A stretch of 64,000 nt of DNA from assembly GCA_964016885.1 (NCBI GenBank), contig OZ024741.1, positions 202,430,001 to 202,494,000 of the forward strand, written 5' to 3'. Each line of letters starts with the position of its first letter. Within the stretch, counting starts at the first letter, position 1. Source of the DNA: Eledone cirrhosa (Eukaryota). A model generated the notes under the pieces. The model was given only the letters and a program-made list of their open reading frames with translations, ran no database searches and was not told the DNA's origin. The position numbers and the translations under genes are program-made. Positions 1 through 14,585 of this stretch are shown one piece after another.

Positions 1-479
1 ATCCAACATACAGAGTATATAGGATTTGAAGTGTGTTAACAACACTGTCAGGTCTATCATATTAAATGTTTTCAGTATTCAACTATTAAGCACGTGATAG
101 ACTTGACAATCTATGAATATGTTTGAAGAAAGATGTATCCACAGACATTGTTAAACCTAGGCCATGAACATGTCTCATGTTTAGAATTATTTTATGGTTT
201 GGGACAAGATAAAACATTTCACTGAGATTTTTATTCTGTAACAGGGAGCATGGAATTTTGTGGTGCAGAATGACAAGTTATCATTTTCTTAGTTGCATAA
301 TGTCTTATAGAAATGCATATCTTAATTTTCAGCATAACTTCGTGTTGTTTTGCCTTAGTTCAGTTCTGATCATGTAGACCTATAATTAAAGGCATTCCAA
401 TCATGGCCATCCCATGAGTATGTCTTTGTGTTGTTGAAGGAGGAGATAAGATTGATATAACCCATTGGAGGATATTTTC

Positions 480-720
480 AAGGTCTCTATTCATCGAGCC
501 AGAGCAGATTTGGCATAAGGTGCTGAAATTACATGTGGAGTATGCTTGTATGCAGAAAGTTAGGAAGGAATGAAGGATGGTATCATTTGTATAGAAATAG
601 ATGATTGTTGGAGATGATGACAAGTAGGTCATTGATGTATAGGAGGAAGAATATGAGAGACAGAGCCAAATATTCTGGCACTCCATAGTTGACAGAGTGA
701 GGGTGAGAGAGCAGAAGCTA
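480..720 (-). mobile_element. Highly decayed CR1/L2-group LINE 3' fragment
   Basis: MECQNIW and ILHSFLTF resemble degraded ORF2 C-terminal motifs; weak. Confidence 0.3.
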
Positions 721-1004
721 TGATGATGTGATCTGACAGCAAGTTACAGATCCAAGAGATGAATAGAGCACATAAACATGCAGTTTTGCTAGATTTGTAT
801 GCCAGACATGTGACAACTTAAGTAGGTTGCATGATAAGGATTACTATATTAAGCGGCATGCCTGCTGAATAATTAATATGTATTTTATCAGCTTGCCATA
901 TATCGTAAGGAGTTGTTTCTTCAGTATAGAATAGATATCAAAATGGAAAAATGAATGCATTCGAATTTTATGCCAAACATTTTGATATTGGTTAACAAAC
1001 TTAC

Positions 1005-1117
1005 CTGTGTAGGGTAATTTAAAACCTTAAAATAATTAAGGTACTTATCAAGTAATATTTCATCACTGGTCCATTTTCTATCCAGAAATATTAGCACCAA
1101 ACATTGCATAGCCCAAC
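1005..1117 (-). CDS. LCLAT1: LCLAT1-like coding exon 3 (113 nt); gene continues beyond the left edge
   Basis: Acceptor tttatttag|GT completes Gly; GWAMQCLVLIFLDRKWTSDE...YPTQ contains motif II (FxxRxW); donor CAG|GTAAGT; the expected FPEGT exon is not in the window. Confidence 0.92.
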
Positions 1118-2307
1118 CTAAATAAAGAAAATTAGTAAATTAGCTAATTTTGATATTAAGACTTGTTTTAAAAAACAAGCAAAGTTATATTCAGTAATGT
1201 ATCCAAAACAATGATTATTTTCAAACACATTTTCAGAAAACCTTTTTTTCATTAAAAAACTTTTCTTTCTTCTGATCAAAGCCAATACTTCTTATTCCTG
1301 AGAGGGTAATGGAGACAAAGTCCTCAGATAAGCCTTCTAGAGGGTCCTATCAGAAGTAACTATTAGCAAATGATTTGGCTGGATCCCTGATTGAAACCAA
1401 TTGAAGTTATGGATGTTATCCAACCATATTGCTCACAAGCATACAATTGGCTTGACAAATGAAATAAAAAATCCTAAAACACAACAGGTTTACTCAGTAA
1501 ATAAATCAATAAGATCAATTATGTTCAGCTAGAGTGCAGAAAATAGAAAAAGACTGCTTCACCTTCATTCTGACAATCATACTATAAAGCAATACACATT
1601 GTTTAGAGTAAACATTGATTTTGAACATTGGCACAATTATATACTATCAGGTATATAGTCCAACACTATACTGTTTCTGCCATTTTACTGCACTTTTTGA
1701 TTAATATTACTTTCTTAATGATTAACTCTTAACATCCTATATTGCATGAAACTGCATTAACAAGACATTCTTAAAATGTACAAAACTGCACTATGGCTGC
1801 AGTGCATGAAAAATTATATCCTTTAATACTGCCAATGTTCACAATCTGATCACTAATAAAGAGGCTATATACATTTAAAATAACAAATCTGTTTTTAGAC
1901 ATTTTCTTCTAAATCATTGCAGGATGTTTGTTAAATGAAAATATATAAACTTGGAGACAAAATAATCTTGTTGTTATTTCTGAACAGCCACTTAATAAAC
2001 TCAGAAGAAAATGTGTCTATATATCTAATGGAGCAGAATGTATAATGTTTCTACAATGAAGTCTTTATATCAGTGCTGACATGTACAAGTTTATATACTA
2101 ATACCATTTTAACCTATTTCTACAACCAGGATATTCTAAAATTCAAGCAGTCTTTTGATTACCAAAAATATTTTACATCACGAAGCTTCACATTATACAA
2201 CTAGCATACTATTCTGGTTCATATATACAAATCTTATTTTATCACCCATATAAACTATCTCATACTTGATACATATTTTATAATAGACAAGATACATTTG
2301 TACTTAC

Positions 2308-2506
2308 CAGCACCAGGAATTTTTTTTAAGCCAGATTTTAAAACTATTTTTAAATGCCTTAGTGATCCACAACGCAACATAAAAGAATATGCAAACAACC
2401 AGTCCAGCCGGGTGCGATGATTCATAACAATCAAAGATTGTTCATTTTGTTTTCCTGGGAATCCAGCAACAGATATTTTCACACCTAAAACAATTTCATA
2501 TAAGGC
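2308..2506 (-). CDS. LCLAT1: LCLAT1-like coding exon 2 (199 nt) with acyltransferase motif I
   Basis: Acceptor tatttccag|GCC; ALYEIVLGVKISVAG...IVMNHRTRLDWLF...KIVLKSGLKKIPGAG contains the NHxxxxD (NHRTRLDW) motif typical of LCLAT1; donor G|GTAAGT, phase 1. Confidence 0.93.
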
Positions 2507-2602
2507 CTGGAAATAAAATAGAACATGAACTTGATATTTCAAATCTACATCGTTTTTTTTAAAGACATTTGCATGTTTTTTAGAAATTCACCAATCAATA
2601 CG

Positions 2603-3194
2603 TATTGAGAGAGAGAGACTGAGCATAAGAGGAATCAAATGCTGTGTGCAGGAGAGGCAGTTGCATTGGTATGGACATGTGATGCATATGAAGGATGACA
2701 GCTGCATAAAAAGGTGCAGAGCACTAGAAGTCGATGGAAACCGCGGAGTGGGGAGACCCAAGAAGACCTGGGATGAGGTCATAAAAGCCGACCTTACCCA
2801 ATTACACCTCTCAAAGGCGATGACACACGACCGTGACCTCTGGCGTCACGCAATAATACAGAAGACCCGACCCCACACGGGTACAAGTCGAAGCTGAAGC
2901 ATATAGACAATATGCTCCCACACCCTCCCACTGCAAAGTGGTCATGGAGGTGCCATGGCAAAAAAGCACCCAGCCCACACTGAAAAGTGGACGTGTAGGC
3001 GCCACGGAAAAAGCACCCAGCACTCACTGTAAATGTAGTTGGTGTTAGGAAGGGCATCCATCTGTAGAAATCAAGCCAGAATCACTTCCTGTATGAGCAA
3101 AGCATGGTCAGCCAACTGGACACTGCCCACAACAGGACAACCTGTCTAACCCATGCTAGTGTGGACGAACGGACGTAAAACGGTGATGATGATG
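2603..3194 (+). mobile_element. Young 5'-truncated RTE LINE (ORF C-terminus, 3' UTR, (GAT)n tail)
   Basis: QERQLHWYGHVMHMKDD...GRPKKTWDEVIKADL RTE C-terminus; ends cggtgatgatgatga; highly similar to 49794-50391. Confidence 0.9.
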
Positions 3195-4295
3195 AAATAA
3201 ATAGAATTTCTCATTTTGAAAGAATAGTTAAACTATTAAAGAAAGTTATCAGATCAAGAATAACAAAGCAATAAACATTGCTTATATAGTGCACATATAT
3301 ATGAAATATAAGCATATGTATGTCTGCTACATATGTGAATATATATTCCAACAATGATGCATAATTAGAAATTGCTTGCAAGTAAAACAATTTTTAAGTG
3401 TAAATGTAGTGTGTCAAGTATAATAAATAGAACATAGAGTAATCTTTATTAGTTTCAGTCAGTCACTGAATATGCTGGGCACTGCCTTCATGGTTTAAAT
3501 AAACACATTAAATTCAATACTTAAGTGGCACATTTCTTTATGAATTAATTATCTGTTGAATTATTGTGTTATACTTTTGACACACCATTGTCTATGCTTT
3601 TTAAAACAAGACAAACAGGGCTGTGATGCACAGGTATGACTGAATGGTCAAGAAGTTTGATTTACAACTATGTGCTTTCAGAATCTATCACCATGTTTTT
3701 TCCACTGTAGCCTAAGGAGTAAATTTGGTAGACACAAACTGTAAGGAAGCTCTTCATATCATCAGTTTTATGTGTTTTTCAATGCTAAGCTGTGGGGACA
3801 TAAACTAATGTCGCCACTTGCACCAGAAGTATAAAACAAAAAAAACAAGGCATGCACACATATATAGCAAGGAAAACAGACATTAGATGATGATGGTGAT
3901 GATGAGACTTGTCTGTTTGTGTCTGCCTTTTATTCAAAATGTACAAAGCTATATATATTATTAATTATCATTTCACTGGCAAGGATTGTATAGTATATAC
4001 TTTCAGAAATAACTGGCAACTTTCCATTAAACCAATACCCACCCTCTAGGTCATATCTTTATCTTTTTAATTTACTTTTAGAACCTATTTTATCCTTAAA
4101 TCTACAATCCAACATAGTTGCAGCATAAATTAAGTCCACAACACCATTAAATTTTAAAATATATATGAAGTAATAAGGAACACTAGATATAGCACATCAG
4201 TATACACAAAAAAATACAAATGATATGCACTAGATAGTGAGTGTTCTCATGGATATAAAATACCTGTAGTGAAATCCTTCCTTTAAACGAGCTTT

Positions 4296-4740
4296 TAATC
4301 CTTTCTTTACCATCATTTCTAAAGAATCACACTACCTATGTGTTTCTAATTTTGAAAATAATCAAGACTTTGGAGGAATTTAATAAAATAACTAACATTA
4401 TATTATTAAATTCAGGCGGTGAATTGGCAGTATCGGTAGAGGGTCGGACACCATGATTTGACGCATAGAGTTACGGCCCTTGCCATTCTTAGTTCAAATC
4501 CCGCCGATGTTAACTTTGCCTTTCATCCTTACGGGGTCGATAAAATAAAGTACCAGTAATGTACTGGGTATTTGCTGGCCTTGTGCCAATAGTAGAAACA
4601 ATTATATTATTAAATTCATAATTGTAATAAGTTTTTACATAAAATTATGATGGAAGGTTTTAATTTATGTATAAAAAGAGCAGTTTTGTATTATAAAATC
4701 AGGAGCAGATTCAGCTGGGTTGGTATCAAAGGGGTTGAAT
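4296..4740. mobile_element. piggyBac-like MITE hosting a SINE
   Basis: Ends ttaatcctttctttacc ... ggtatcaaaggggttgaa (decayed TTAA-CCCTTT TIRs); similar ends at 8272-8475. Confidence 0.55.
4415..4600 (+). mobile_element. tRNA-derived SINE, full length
   Basis: A-box TGGCAGTATCGG, B-box GTTCAAATCC; 18-bp TSD ATTATATTATTAAATTCA at 4397-4414 and 4601-4618; several other copies in window. Confidence 0.92.
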
Positions 4741-5940
4741 TTTTGTCCACTAAATAAGGTGTGTTTACATGTAAAACAAACATTAGTCAATAGCAGATAC
4801 CCTATGGATTAACAGTCTAGTCCATAGAACAATGCAAGACCAAATTCACCATACTGATACAAGTATAACACTCAGTAAAAATTCATAAACATGTCATATA
4901 CTACAAAAACCACTTGCAACCTGGTTACAGAATGGATGAGTATACCATTAAAAAACCTGTAAAACAGAACACATGTATTACACCTAACTTCAAACTCATA
5001 GTTAGTTATGAAACCATTACAATGAAAAACATCATCACTAAACCACAAAGTAGCAAACTATAGAATGTACTTCAGATAACCAATATACTATATAAACTTC
5101 ATCACTCAAACAGCTACATCTGCACAGTGTGACATTTTCCCATTGGTTGACTATGCATTTACAGTAAGGATCCATTGCAAAACATTATAATACAGTATAC
5201 AAAAAAAAAATGCAGCAAATTGGCAGTTGTTAGAACATTGGACAGAATGCTTTGCAGTATTCGTTCCAGCTTGTTTTTTGGCTTATTGCTCTCTAATTTC
5301 AAATCCTACTGAGGTTATCTTTACATTCATCCTTTTGAGGTCAATAAAAAAAATACCAGTCCAGTATTGGGTCAATTCTTCCTTTATATCTCTTCCTGAC
5401 TTCCCCTTTCTCTAGAAGAAATCAGCTGAGTTCTGACCTGGAGAGGGGATGGGCTCTGCTATGTTTAAAGTGTCCAATACACTTGTCACTATGGTGTGCA
5501 TACAACTCCATCAGGAGTTACTGGTCCATATATACATTCAATAAAATTAGACAGAAAACATTAGTTGGCAATTCTACTTTCCTATATAGAAATCCTAAAA
5601 AAAATGAGGAGAGTATCTATTGGGGCTTATAAACACAGATACAGCATAAGTGGAATTAACTATGAAATCTACCAAGATTTAACTATTAAATAATTTTTTT
5701 AAACTAGCATGAAGATTTTACCAGTACTCTGATGATCCTAAATATTAACCTAATTACGATTCATATATAATAAACACATGCCAATAATATAATTGCCATA
5801 TTTATTAGCTTTGTAATGAATTGATAGTAACTAATAAGAAGTTTATAAATGTTTACCAACAGTGGTAAATTAATGGGATTTGTTTTGCTTAGTTTTTTGT
5901 TATGGTGATCCATCACATACTATTTGTAGAGTGGTAGAAA

Positions 5941-7566
5941 TACCTCCAAAATAAACACCCCCTCTATGACACCATACAATGAAAATAAACACGTAAATAG
6001 CTGCAAATTTTAAAAGTGACAAAGGACATGACATCTTGACAGCTGAGTGACAGTATAAACCATAACCACTAATTGAAGAAAAGGATTCCTGAATGGAGAA
6101 AACAGGTGGAGGCTTTAAACAAAATGGGAATGAGAAAATATGGACTTCACTCTAGAGAAGTAAAATTTCCACAACTGAAGGAAGACAAAGTTATGGACAC
6201 AAAATCAATGAAATATAGGGTATACATTCTCAACAAAGATAACAATGTATCCAAAGCAAGGAGTTTGGCAGAAAATAGAAATATATCAGGTTGGTTTGCC
6301 GGATTTTCATCTTGGTACTTTCATTTCATAAAGTGGCACCCTAAGCATAAGAATAAAGATCAGGACTGCATAAAAGATGTTTCACAAACATTTTATCAAT
6401 GCCAATAAGTAGACCATCCAACAAAACTATATAATATGTAAGAACAAAGACTGTGGCTAAAAACAATTGGGCTTGAAATTACCACTGCATTATTGTTTGG
6501 GCCTGTTGTGCATAAGGCATAAAACCCCTGCCTTTACTAATCTATAAACGGAAAACTGCCCAAGAAATGATTCCATCTGGTATTCTTGTTTATGTCTATC
6601 TCAAGCAATAGATGGATGAACGCAGTGTGAAACTGTGGTTGGGGAAAAGTGGAAAAGTATGGCCATGATAGTTAGGTTATCTGTTAAAGAAACCAGTATT
6701 GATAGTGTGGGATGAAATCCAAGCTCACAAAACAGAAGCAACAAAGAAAAAAACTTGAGCAATTAAAAATTAAAGAAGCATTTATCACTGGTAGTTTAAT
6801 GTTGCAATTACAATTACTAAACACTTCAGTCAATAATCCTTCCAAATGGGAGAACAGTCGAACAAATAATTGATTGCTGGAAATTTAATAACCTCAAATG
6901 TTTTATGGGAGAAGAGTGAAAAAAACGAATGACCGCTGGGAATTTTGTAACCTCTACAGGATGATTGATGTAATCTACTATTGCACAAGTATATCAGTAG
7001 GTGAAATTATCATGGGCTGATGTGAATGTAGAAATTATAACAAAGGTATTAAATAGATGTAGAATTAGTAATGCATTGGATAACACAGTTGAACTTATCT
7101 ATATAACCCAGAAACAGCTAACAATGGTGTAAATGACCAATTTAGAACCAAGAGACAAAGTAAAACTAGCAAAAATGAAAGTTTTAGTTAGAAATACAAA
7201 ACTGTACCGCTTTTTGGAAAGTGACCATGTCTGATGTCCAAAAAGTAAGCAGGTGGAAATTCTATAAAGTGTAGCTAACAAACAAAAAGGGTGCAGTAGG
7301 ATCTTAGACAGACTGACAGAGAAGAAGCATTTCATATATATTAGATGCACAAGAGTAACTAGAAGAGCACGCAAGAAATTATGTCCCTTGATTGCTCAGA
7401 AGTAGTTATTAGTTATGTTATTACCTAACTGATCTAATCAGCTGTGGAGGGGAGTGTTGCAAAAACATAAGCTGGAGTGATAAAATACAGGTCACAAGCC
7501 TTTATATTTACATACAGTTTTCTTTCCTGTTTTATGGTAAATATAAAGTCTTTATATTCTGAGGTA
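5941..7566 (+). mobile_element. Decayed pogo/Tigger-like DNA transposon
   Basis: Imperfect TIRs tacctccaaaataaacac / gtctttatattctgaggta; frameshifted KRIPEWRKQ, KFPQL and VWDEIQAHKT...LQLLNTSVNNP segments. Confidence 0.65.
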
Positions 7567-8028
7567 GGTAATCAAGTGATTAATCAACTTTTTGAAATTT
7601 GTGCTGTAAATGGTTAGGTCATTTGAACACATTGTTTGTAATCAAAATTATTAAGAATCTCATTTTGTGAAGACTAATGCAGACTAGTTTGATGTACTAA
7701 ACAAAAGCTTTGGATCAGTGAATAAAATTTCCCAATAAACCACTAATTAGTTACATCTATCAAGATGAGTTCCTCTGCTAATACATGGAATAATTATATT
7801 CACTCCTTGAAATCTAATATTAAATTGTAATTCAATTGAACACTTATTTCACCAAAGTGCTCTTGCTTAGCTCCAGATCAACCCTATTATCAAAGGTATT
7901 TCAGCTGTGGCCATCCTATCATTTTCCCAAGCATAATGCACACATGTGACATTATTTAATGTGTTCTTTTCTAGTCTGTCATTCAAGGGAGATTTCACAA
8001 CTATTTCAAATTGGATGAGTGACTGTGT

Positions 8029-8475
8029 TAACCCTTTAGCATTTACATAACTCTATATTTACTATTGTATTTTTGTAGTAAAGACTTTATCTTACATATT
8101 TATCTCACATAATATCGAATCTACGAGATTTTGATGTTGTTTATTTTGAGAACGATACCTTAATGTCAGTATGAGCAGCCAGTTATGGCCAGTTTGAACA
8201 GAAAGAGGCGAGAGAATTCTGGCCAGATACAGCCGGTTTAAATGCCTTATAGTCTCGATTTGAAAAAGTTCTTAACCCTTTGATTGCAATATTTCTAATG
8301 AAAGCCACTGTTTATGATTTTAATAATCATAAACAGTGCCTTTCATTTGAAAAATAACCATAATTGGAATATAAAGGTTCTTAAATAAAATGACAATACA
8401 AGGTTTTTAGATAAATAACTTTGTATCATTAAAACCAGAGCCTGTTTCAGGTGATTTGGTATCAAAAGGGTTCAT
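8029..8475. mobile_element. Two adjacent piggyBac-like MITE remnants
   Basis: ttaaccctttagcattt start at ~8029 and ttaaccctttg...ggtatcaaaagggttca at 8272-8475. Confidence 0.5.
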
Positions 8476-10379
8476 TAATAAGATACCAGTTACTACTACT
8501 ACAAACCAACAAGCAAATTGGCAATTTTCCAAACTAGTAAATTCATCAATTATTTTCCTGTTATTCTATATTTAAAATAATATACTTAAAAAAATAATCA
8601 ATAACCAATTAGCAAATTGCAAAAATCATGATGTACACACAACACACACAAACAAGTACATACATATGCATGTATGTTGCAACTATATACACATATATTT
8701 CTCCAACAACATTCAGCTATAAACAGCTAATTCCTTACACATCTTACCTGGCTACTGCTGGTCATAGTAGTTGACATGCAGTAAGACTGCTCAAACCAAC
8801 ATCACAACTAGTAACTCATATTACAACTATGTACTGATTGTTAATAAAGTTTATACACAAATTTCTCAATTCATCATTTTTCAAAAGGACATTAAAACAG
8901 CATGTGTCCACTCCCACCCTCTATATCCTGCACTAACCACTATGCCTAGTCCTTCCTGTCTGGAATTTTGGTAATCTGGAATTCTTTCCCTTCTTATGCC
9001 TTTCCAACAATTTAAATAGACACCAATGGCATAGGTCTCTCACCTAAGTGGGCTTATAAAAAGCATGAGTATTGTCCATTCTTCAAAACCTTACAAGTAA
9101 AAAAAAATTACCAGAGTAATTTTTACTTCTTAGTAACTATTCTTTCAAAGAAATACTTAATCCTTTTAGCAATTCTTTTGCACCATTATCAACTCTGTCT
9201 TGGAATTACAACAAATAGATACTGCTAAGGATTTTTCCTATAGCAATTATTAACACTGCACAACATACTACCTACACAATATGTTTACTATTTTTCTATC
9301 TAATATATTATTCACACAAGTCAATGAGAAAACTTCCACAAATTGAATATCAATGACTGTAGATGAAACATCTGAAGGCTTTTTGAAATTTCCAAGTGAG
9401 AAGATAAAATTCTGATTATCTTTCTATTTGCAAAATACTCTTCTTTAACTGACCATGGTTATAGCATAAATTTATCCACACTTATTAAAGAATTTATTAA
9501 ATTAGATACACCAATTTACATAAATTGGCAGTTAATTTGATTAATAAATGATTGACATGTTTGCAGAGTTTGATTTTGATGCCATTATGTACTTCAGAAC
9601 AAACCCATAGATCTTTATCAGTACTGCATGTGTAAAGTAAATTGAAATACATTGTACATCATAAACATATAATGTAACACAGTATAGGCAGGTTTATTCT
9701 GTAATACATAATAGCATATATAAATATACATATGAACAATCTGACCAAAAAAGCATGCACAGGTCAAAAATCATAATCCTTCAATTGACAGACCAAAATG
9801 TTCTTGTGGATTACAGCTATGTATGCCTGGTGGAGTTGTAAGGGTGCTGTTCTGACATGTGGTCTTGAGCATTTTATAGCTGGCAGAGCCCATCTCTCCA
9901 TGTTTGAACACAACCGATTTCTTCCAGGGAGAGGGAGAGAGTGAGAGAGGAAGTGAAAAAGAAATACAGATGAAGAATTGACTCGAGTACTAGACTAGTG
10001 CTTTTTTTTTTTTATCAACCTCAAAAGGATGAAAGGCAAATTTGACATTTGCAGGATTATAACTCAGAGCACAGAAAGCTGGAGCAAAGATTGTAAGGCA
10101 TTTTATCTAATGTTCTAACAACTCTGTTAATTTGCTGTCTAATGTAGTTATAGGCCTATTCAATTAACTTCATTTTCTGCAAGAGGAAGAATTCTAGATG
10201 ACTATAGTTCTGGGAAAGAATAATTAAGCAAAGTTTTTATAACATGAATTAGGAAGAGACCGAGATGAGTGGTAGGTCAAAGGAGTGGAAACTGAAATTA
10301 TTGTGTAGTGCTCGGGTGCATTACAACTCACCAAAGTACATAGAATAATATACAAGTTTCAGGAAAGTGAACAGTGTAT

Positions 10380-12610
10380 GAGTCATGATATACACACAGA
10401 TACATGCATGCGTGTGTGTGGAGGGGGAATTTCAGGAAGCATGGAAGTTTTAAAGGATGCAGTGCCTCGGCAGCTAACAATCGATGCAGGTAGATTGTTC
10501 CTTGATTCAGCAACTCTGAGCGTGAAAAAATGTTTCCGAAAGTCATGGGAACTGTACTGCTTTCTGACTTTGTAGGCATGCCCATGGGTGATAGACACAT
10601 GGAATTCAAAAAGGTGCTCAGGGTTGTTGTTGGCAAGATGGCTAATAATTTTGTAAATGTTTACCAAGTCCGTTGCCAGATGTTGGAGCTTCAATGTATC
10701 CATGCCCAGGGAAGCAAGCCTTTCAGAGTATGGTACATGCCTTATGGAGGGTATTCGCTTGGTTGCATATTTCTGAACAGTTTCCAGGAGGTCAATGTTC
10801 TGAGAAAGATAGGGGTTCTAGACTGGTGATGCAACTTCTAAGTGTGACTGCACCATAGCTATATACAGCTTTAAATAGATAGCAGGAGAGCAGCTGACAA
10901 AGGTCTTACTGAGTGATGCTAAGACACCCTCCGCCTTCTTGACAATTTTAGAGATGTGCTTTGTCCAACACAAATCGCTGCTGACAGTAATGCCCAGGGC
11001 ATGTTCACAAGAAGACTTCTTGAGAGTGGTGTTGTGGAGGGAGTATGTGAAACGCTGGGTGGTAAACTTGTCTACTGCTAGCTTGAGTTGCCAGTCTGTG
11101 ATCCACTGCTGCATTGTGTCCAGGTCTGATTGCAGGAAAGATCTATGGCACGTTTTGGTTTTCAACAGTAAAAATGCCTGCATAGCATTCAGCAATGAGT
11201 TCTGCACATTATTTGGGATTGTCAGTAATCTGGCTTGTGTCGAGATGGCGAAGAAGACCAACTGCAGAGTGAGGTCTCTGCTTTGAACATACATATTTCC
11301 AGAACACTTTGCTGTCAAGGTTGGTTGCTATGTGCTGTTCAAATTCAAGCACTGCCTTTTTGGTCACCTGCTTGAGATTGTTAGATGATCTATTGCACTT
11401 TTTTATATTGATTTCTGATCTATGTAGTTTGTATTCCCATTCAGCATCACATTCTTTCCTGGCAAGTCAGACTGCTGCAATCTCCCAAATTGCACTTTTG
11501 GGATGTTTTTTGTGCTTACGTGACATTGATGCTGCACTTGGTGTCCATATTGAGTTCAGGATGTTCTGAATTACAGTGTTCATATCTCCAGAGTCATAAA
11601 ATTCAAGCCAGTTTGGGTGTTGTAGCTCAGTGCAGTAAAAGTTCCAGTCTGCTTTATTCCAGTCAAAGTGAGCAGTTTGGAAATGGTTGTGGTTTTTGTT
11701 ACTGCCCATAAGAGACAGATTGGCAATGATCATAGCATGATCAGAGTCACCTAAAGGTTCCTCACTAGTGACACTGATAACAGTTTAAGGAGTAGTGGTG
11801 AAGAGCAGATCTAAAGTGTTGTCAACTCTTGTGGGAGAGGTGACTACTTGGGACCAGTTCGAGTCCAGCACTAGCTCAAGGAAATCATTTGCATTTTGCA
11901 GCCAATGAAAGATTTCCCAATCAATCTCAGGGTGACTGAAGTCACCTGCAATAAAAACATCAGGGCTGTTTTCCTGGCAGCAGCAGCTGACGATATCAAA
12001 AAGATGTGTCCTGGTGGTAATTGGGGGGGGGGGGGGGGGGGATAAACACCAAGTAGAAGTGTACACATGATCATACATATATTGCAGAAAAATACTTCTT
12101 GTGATAGGTTCAAATCATTGCAAGGAATTGCTGAACAGTTTAAATGAATGTAGACCACCACACCATCACTATGATTAATGTAGTCTTTGCAAAATAAGTT
12201 GTAGCCAGCTATGCTGAAAACTCCATCAGTAAAGAATGAGCCCATGTTTCTGTGACTGTAATGAAATCAGGGTCGATACTTTTGACGTAAGAATCAAAAA
12301 GATGGATCTTGTTGCATAAACTACAAACATTTAAGGACAATTTGTATCTTGACTTCAGTTTATGATGATGTATAGGGGATGACAGGTTGTTCTTATTTAG
12401 TTTTAAACAGTGTTTTCATTGCCAGCTATCGTGGGTACAGTGTGCTCACACCAGCTGATATTCCTTTTCCATGTCTCACCAGACTTCATAAACTTCCATA
12501 GCTGCCCATCGTCGCGTAGGCTAAAGCTTTCAAGTGGTGTTGAGTTGCGATTTAAAGAAGCTTCAGCACGTAGCTTTGGCGTATCTCAGGTGGTTGGCCA
12601 GGGCGTGTTA
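10380..12610 (-). mobile_element. CR1-clade LINE remnant (APE endonuclease plus RT C-terminus, RT core largely deleted)
   Basis: IAGYNLF, IAGDFSHPEIDW, NTLDLLFT, GDSDH (APE); LQSDLDTMQQW, LGITVSSDLCW, FFTLRVAESRNNLP (CR1 C-terminus). Confidence 0.88.
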
Positions 12611-14585
12611 TAACAGTAAAAGAGAAATTGAAAAGCAATAGCACATATATGAGTTAATTATTGTCACATGTTAATTAATAAATCTTGTGAATCATTGGGA
12701 GGAGTAGGATTAATCAAGCGCGCTTGTGTAAGTAGCAGAAATGCTCCCATATATAGGATATCCTTTTCGGATTTTCTATAGTATAGGTTTATTTCAATTT
12801 TGAACAGGTTTGTTATTTCAATTTTGAACAACGTATTACTGTAATGTTATTGAGTTTTATATATTGCTAAGGATTGTAAAACTTCAAAACTCATTATTCC
12901 TTAAAATTTGAGTGACGTTCTTATCCTAAAACTAGACACCAAGATCAATATATTTTTTCCTTCTTAATTCTTTCCTTTATTTTATAACAATATTATCCAA
13001 GAAGTCAGGAACAATCAGTATATCTCAATATTAAGTTTGCAACTTGTCTGCTACTTTTTGCTTGTACTTCCTTGGAACTTCTCCGTGCTCGCTCGACATA
13101 TTAGATATGTTAAACAAATTTTTTTTTTCTTAAGGAAAAACACAGTATCTAATGTAATACTAGATAACCATACAAAAACAAGGTTTGCTTGATCAGCGAT
13201 TATTTGGAACTAAGCAACAACTTAATATAAACTAATATCTATTTATATCTAATACCCATTATAGTAAAAGATTTGACAAATTGAAACAATAGCAAAACTT
13301 CAACAAGATACCTTATCGTACCAAACATTTATCTACAATAAAATAAAGAGTTTACTTTGTAAATTATTTTTGTCACACAATAATAGTGCTTCTTTTTAAT
13401 GTCTACAAACTTAAAATTATACTCATTAACTTTAAAAGGATTGTCGAACAAATTGCTGCTTAGGACGGTGTTATCAATTAACTGCTATAGGTCGGCCACA
13501 ATTATATTTTAAAGTAGGGTCACCTATATTGGCCACTCTGCGAAAAAAAAGAAAAAAAGAAAGTAAAGCAAAGCCGTATTTCTGTATATGATATCATAAC
13601 GGGATGAAATGTGAGCAGATTTGTTTCAACATGGAATTTTTAAACACTCCACTAACTTTTTTATTATGTACTTTTTTAAAAACGGATAAGGGTTTATGGG
13701 ATTTACAGTTACAGTATTATATATTTATATCGTTTTTACTTAAAGTGTATAAACATTCTGCTAACGTTTTAAAAGCATGAGTTATTTCAATTTCTGAAAA
13801 TTTTAACTGCTTTTAAATATAAAAATGTTGGTATCAAAATACAGAATCGCAATAACACTTTTTAAAAATCGGGTAATACCCTTGGGGAAAATAAGTAACT
13901 GCTGGCCACATATTGTGTCCCTAAAAGTATTTTACACGATTTTCTAACGTGTTTTGTAGCGACTGTGTTAAGAATATAAACATTTTAAAATTTCAAATCA
14001 TCTAAGCGCCTCGATAAGTCGTAAGATTAAACTGCATTTGTTTCAATTCCAATAGATGAAAATGTAATTACAAATGCAAACAAAATATATTTATTAAAAA
14101 AAAAAAGTACAGCAGCTGTAAATCTCCATATCATGTTCTAAAAAGGTTAATTTAAATAAAAGCATATTTTTATTTTTATTAAAAAAAAAAACTTTTGTCA
14201 GATTCAAAATATATTTAGTTCAAAACAAAAATCGCCGTTTTTTTATTTTTTATTTTAAATAAAGGTTTTTAAAAAAGTTGAGGGAGTTTTTAAAAAAACA
14301 CGCTAAAACGAAGGTCTCGAAATTTGTTTCTTGAAAAACTTTCTTTTCCTTTATGGAATGTTTTAGGGTCAAATCCCACTTTTGACGTTAGTTAATTAGT
14401 TTTTATAAGTTCATAATATCTAATTTGCCTAGGTCAATATCTTTTTTTTTTCCTTCAACATTAAAATTAAATTGGTGACAAAATCTTCATTAAAAAGATA
14501 CATTGCACAAACGAAGGCGACTTATAGGTTTGTATTGGTTTTAGTAGTTTGTTATGTCTCTTCTGTTAATCTTTACACTATTGGA

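Noticed and set aside
4415-4510. tRNA gene (A and B boxes)
   Set aside because: Head of a multicopy SINE with TSD; no proper cloverleaf seen
8740-8820. Minus-strand CAG|GTAAGA donor in LCLAT1 intron 1
   Set aside because: No convincing acceptor, and exons 1 and 2 already join in frame with no missing protein segment
13480-14450. Possible DNA transposon in the AT-rich part of intron 1
   Set aside because: Only a weak ggccactctg Tc1-like end; no matching TIR pair, TSD or coding remnant found
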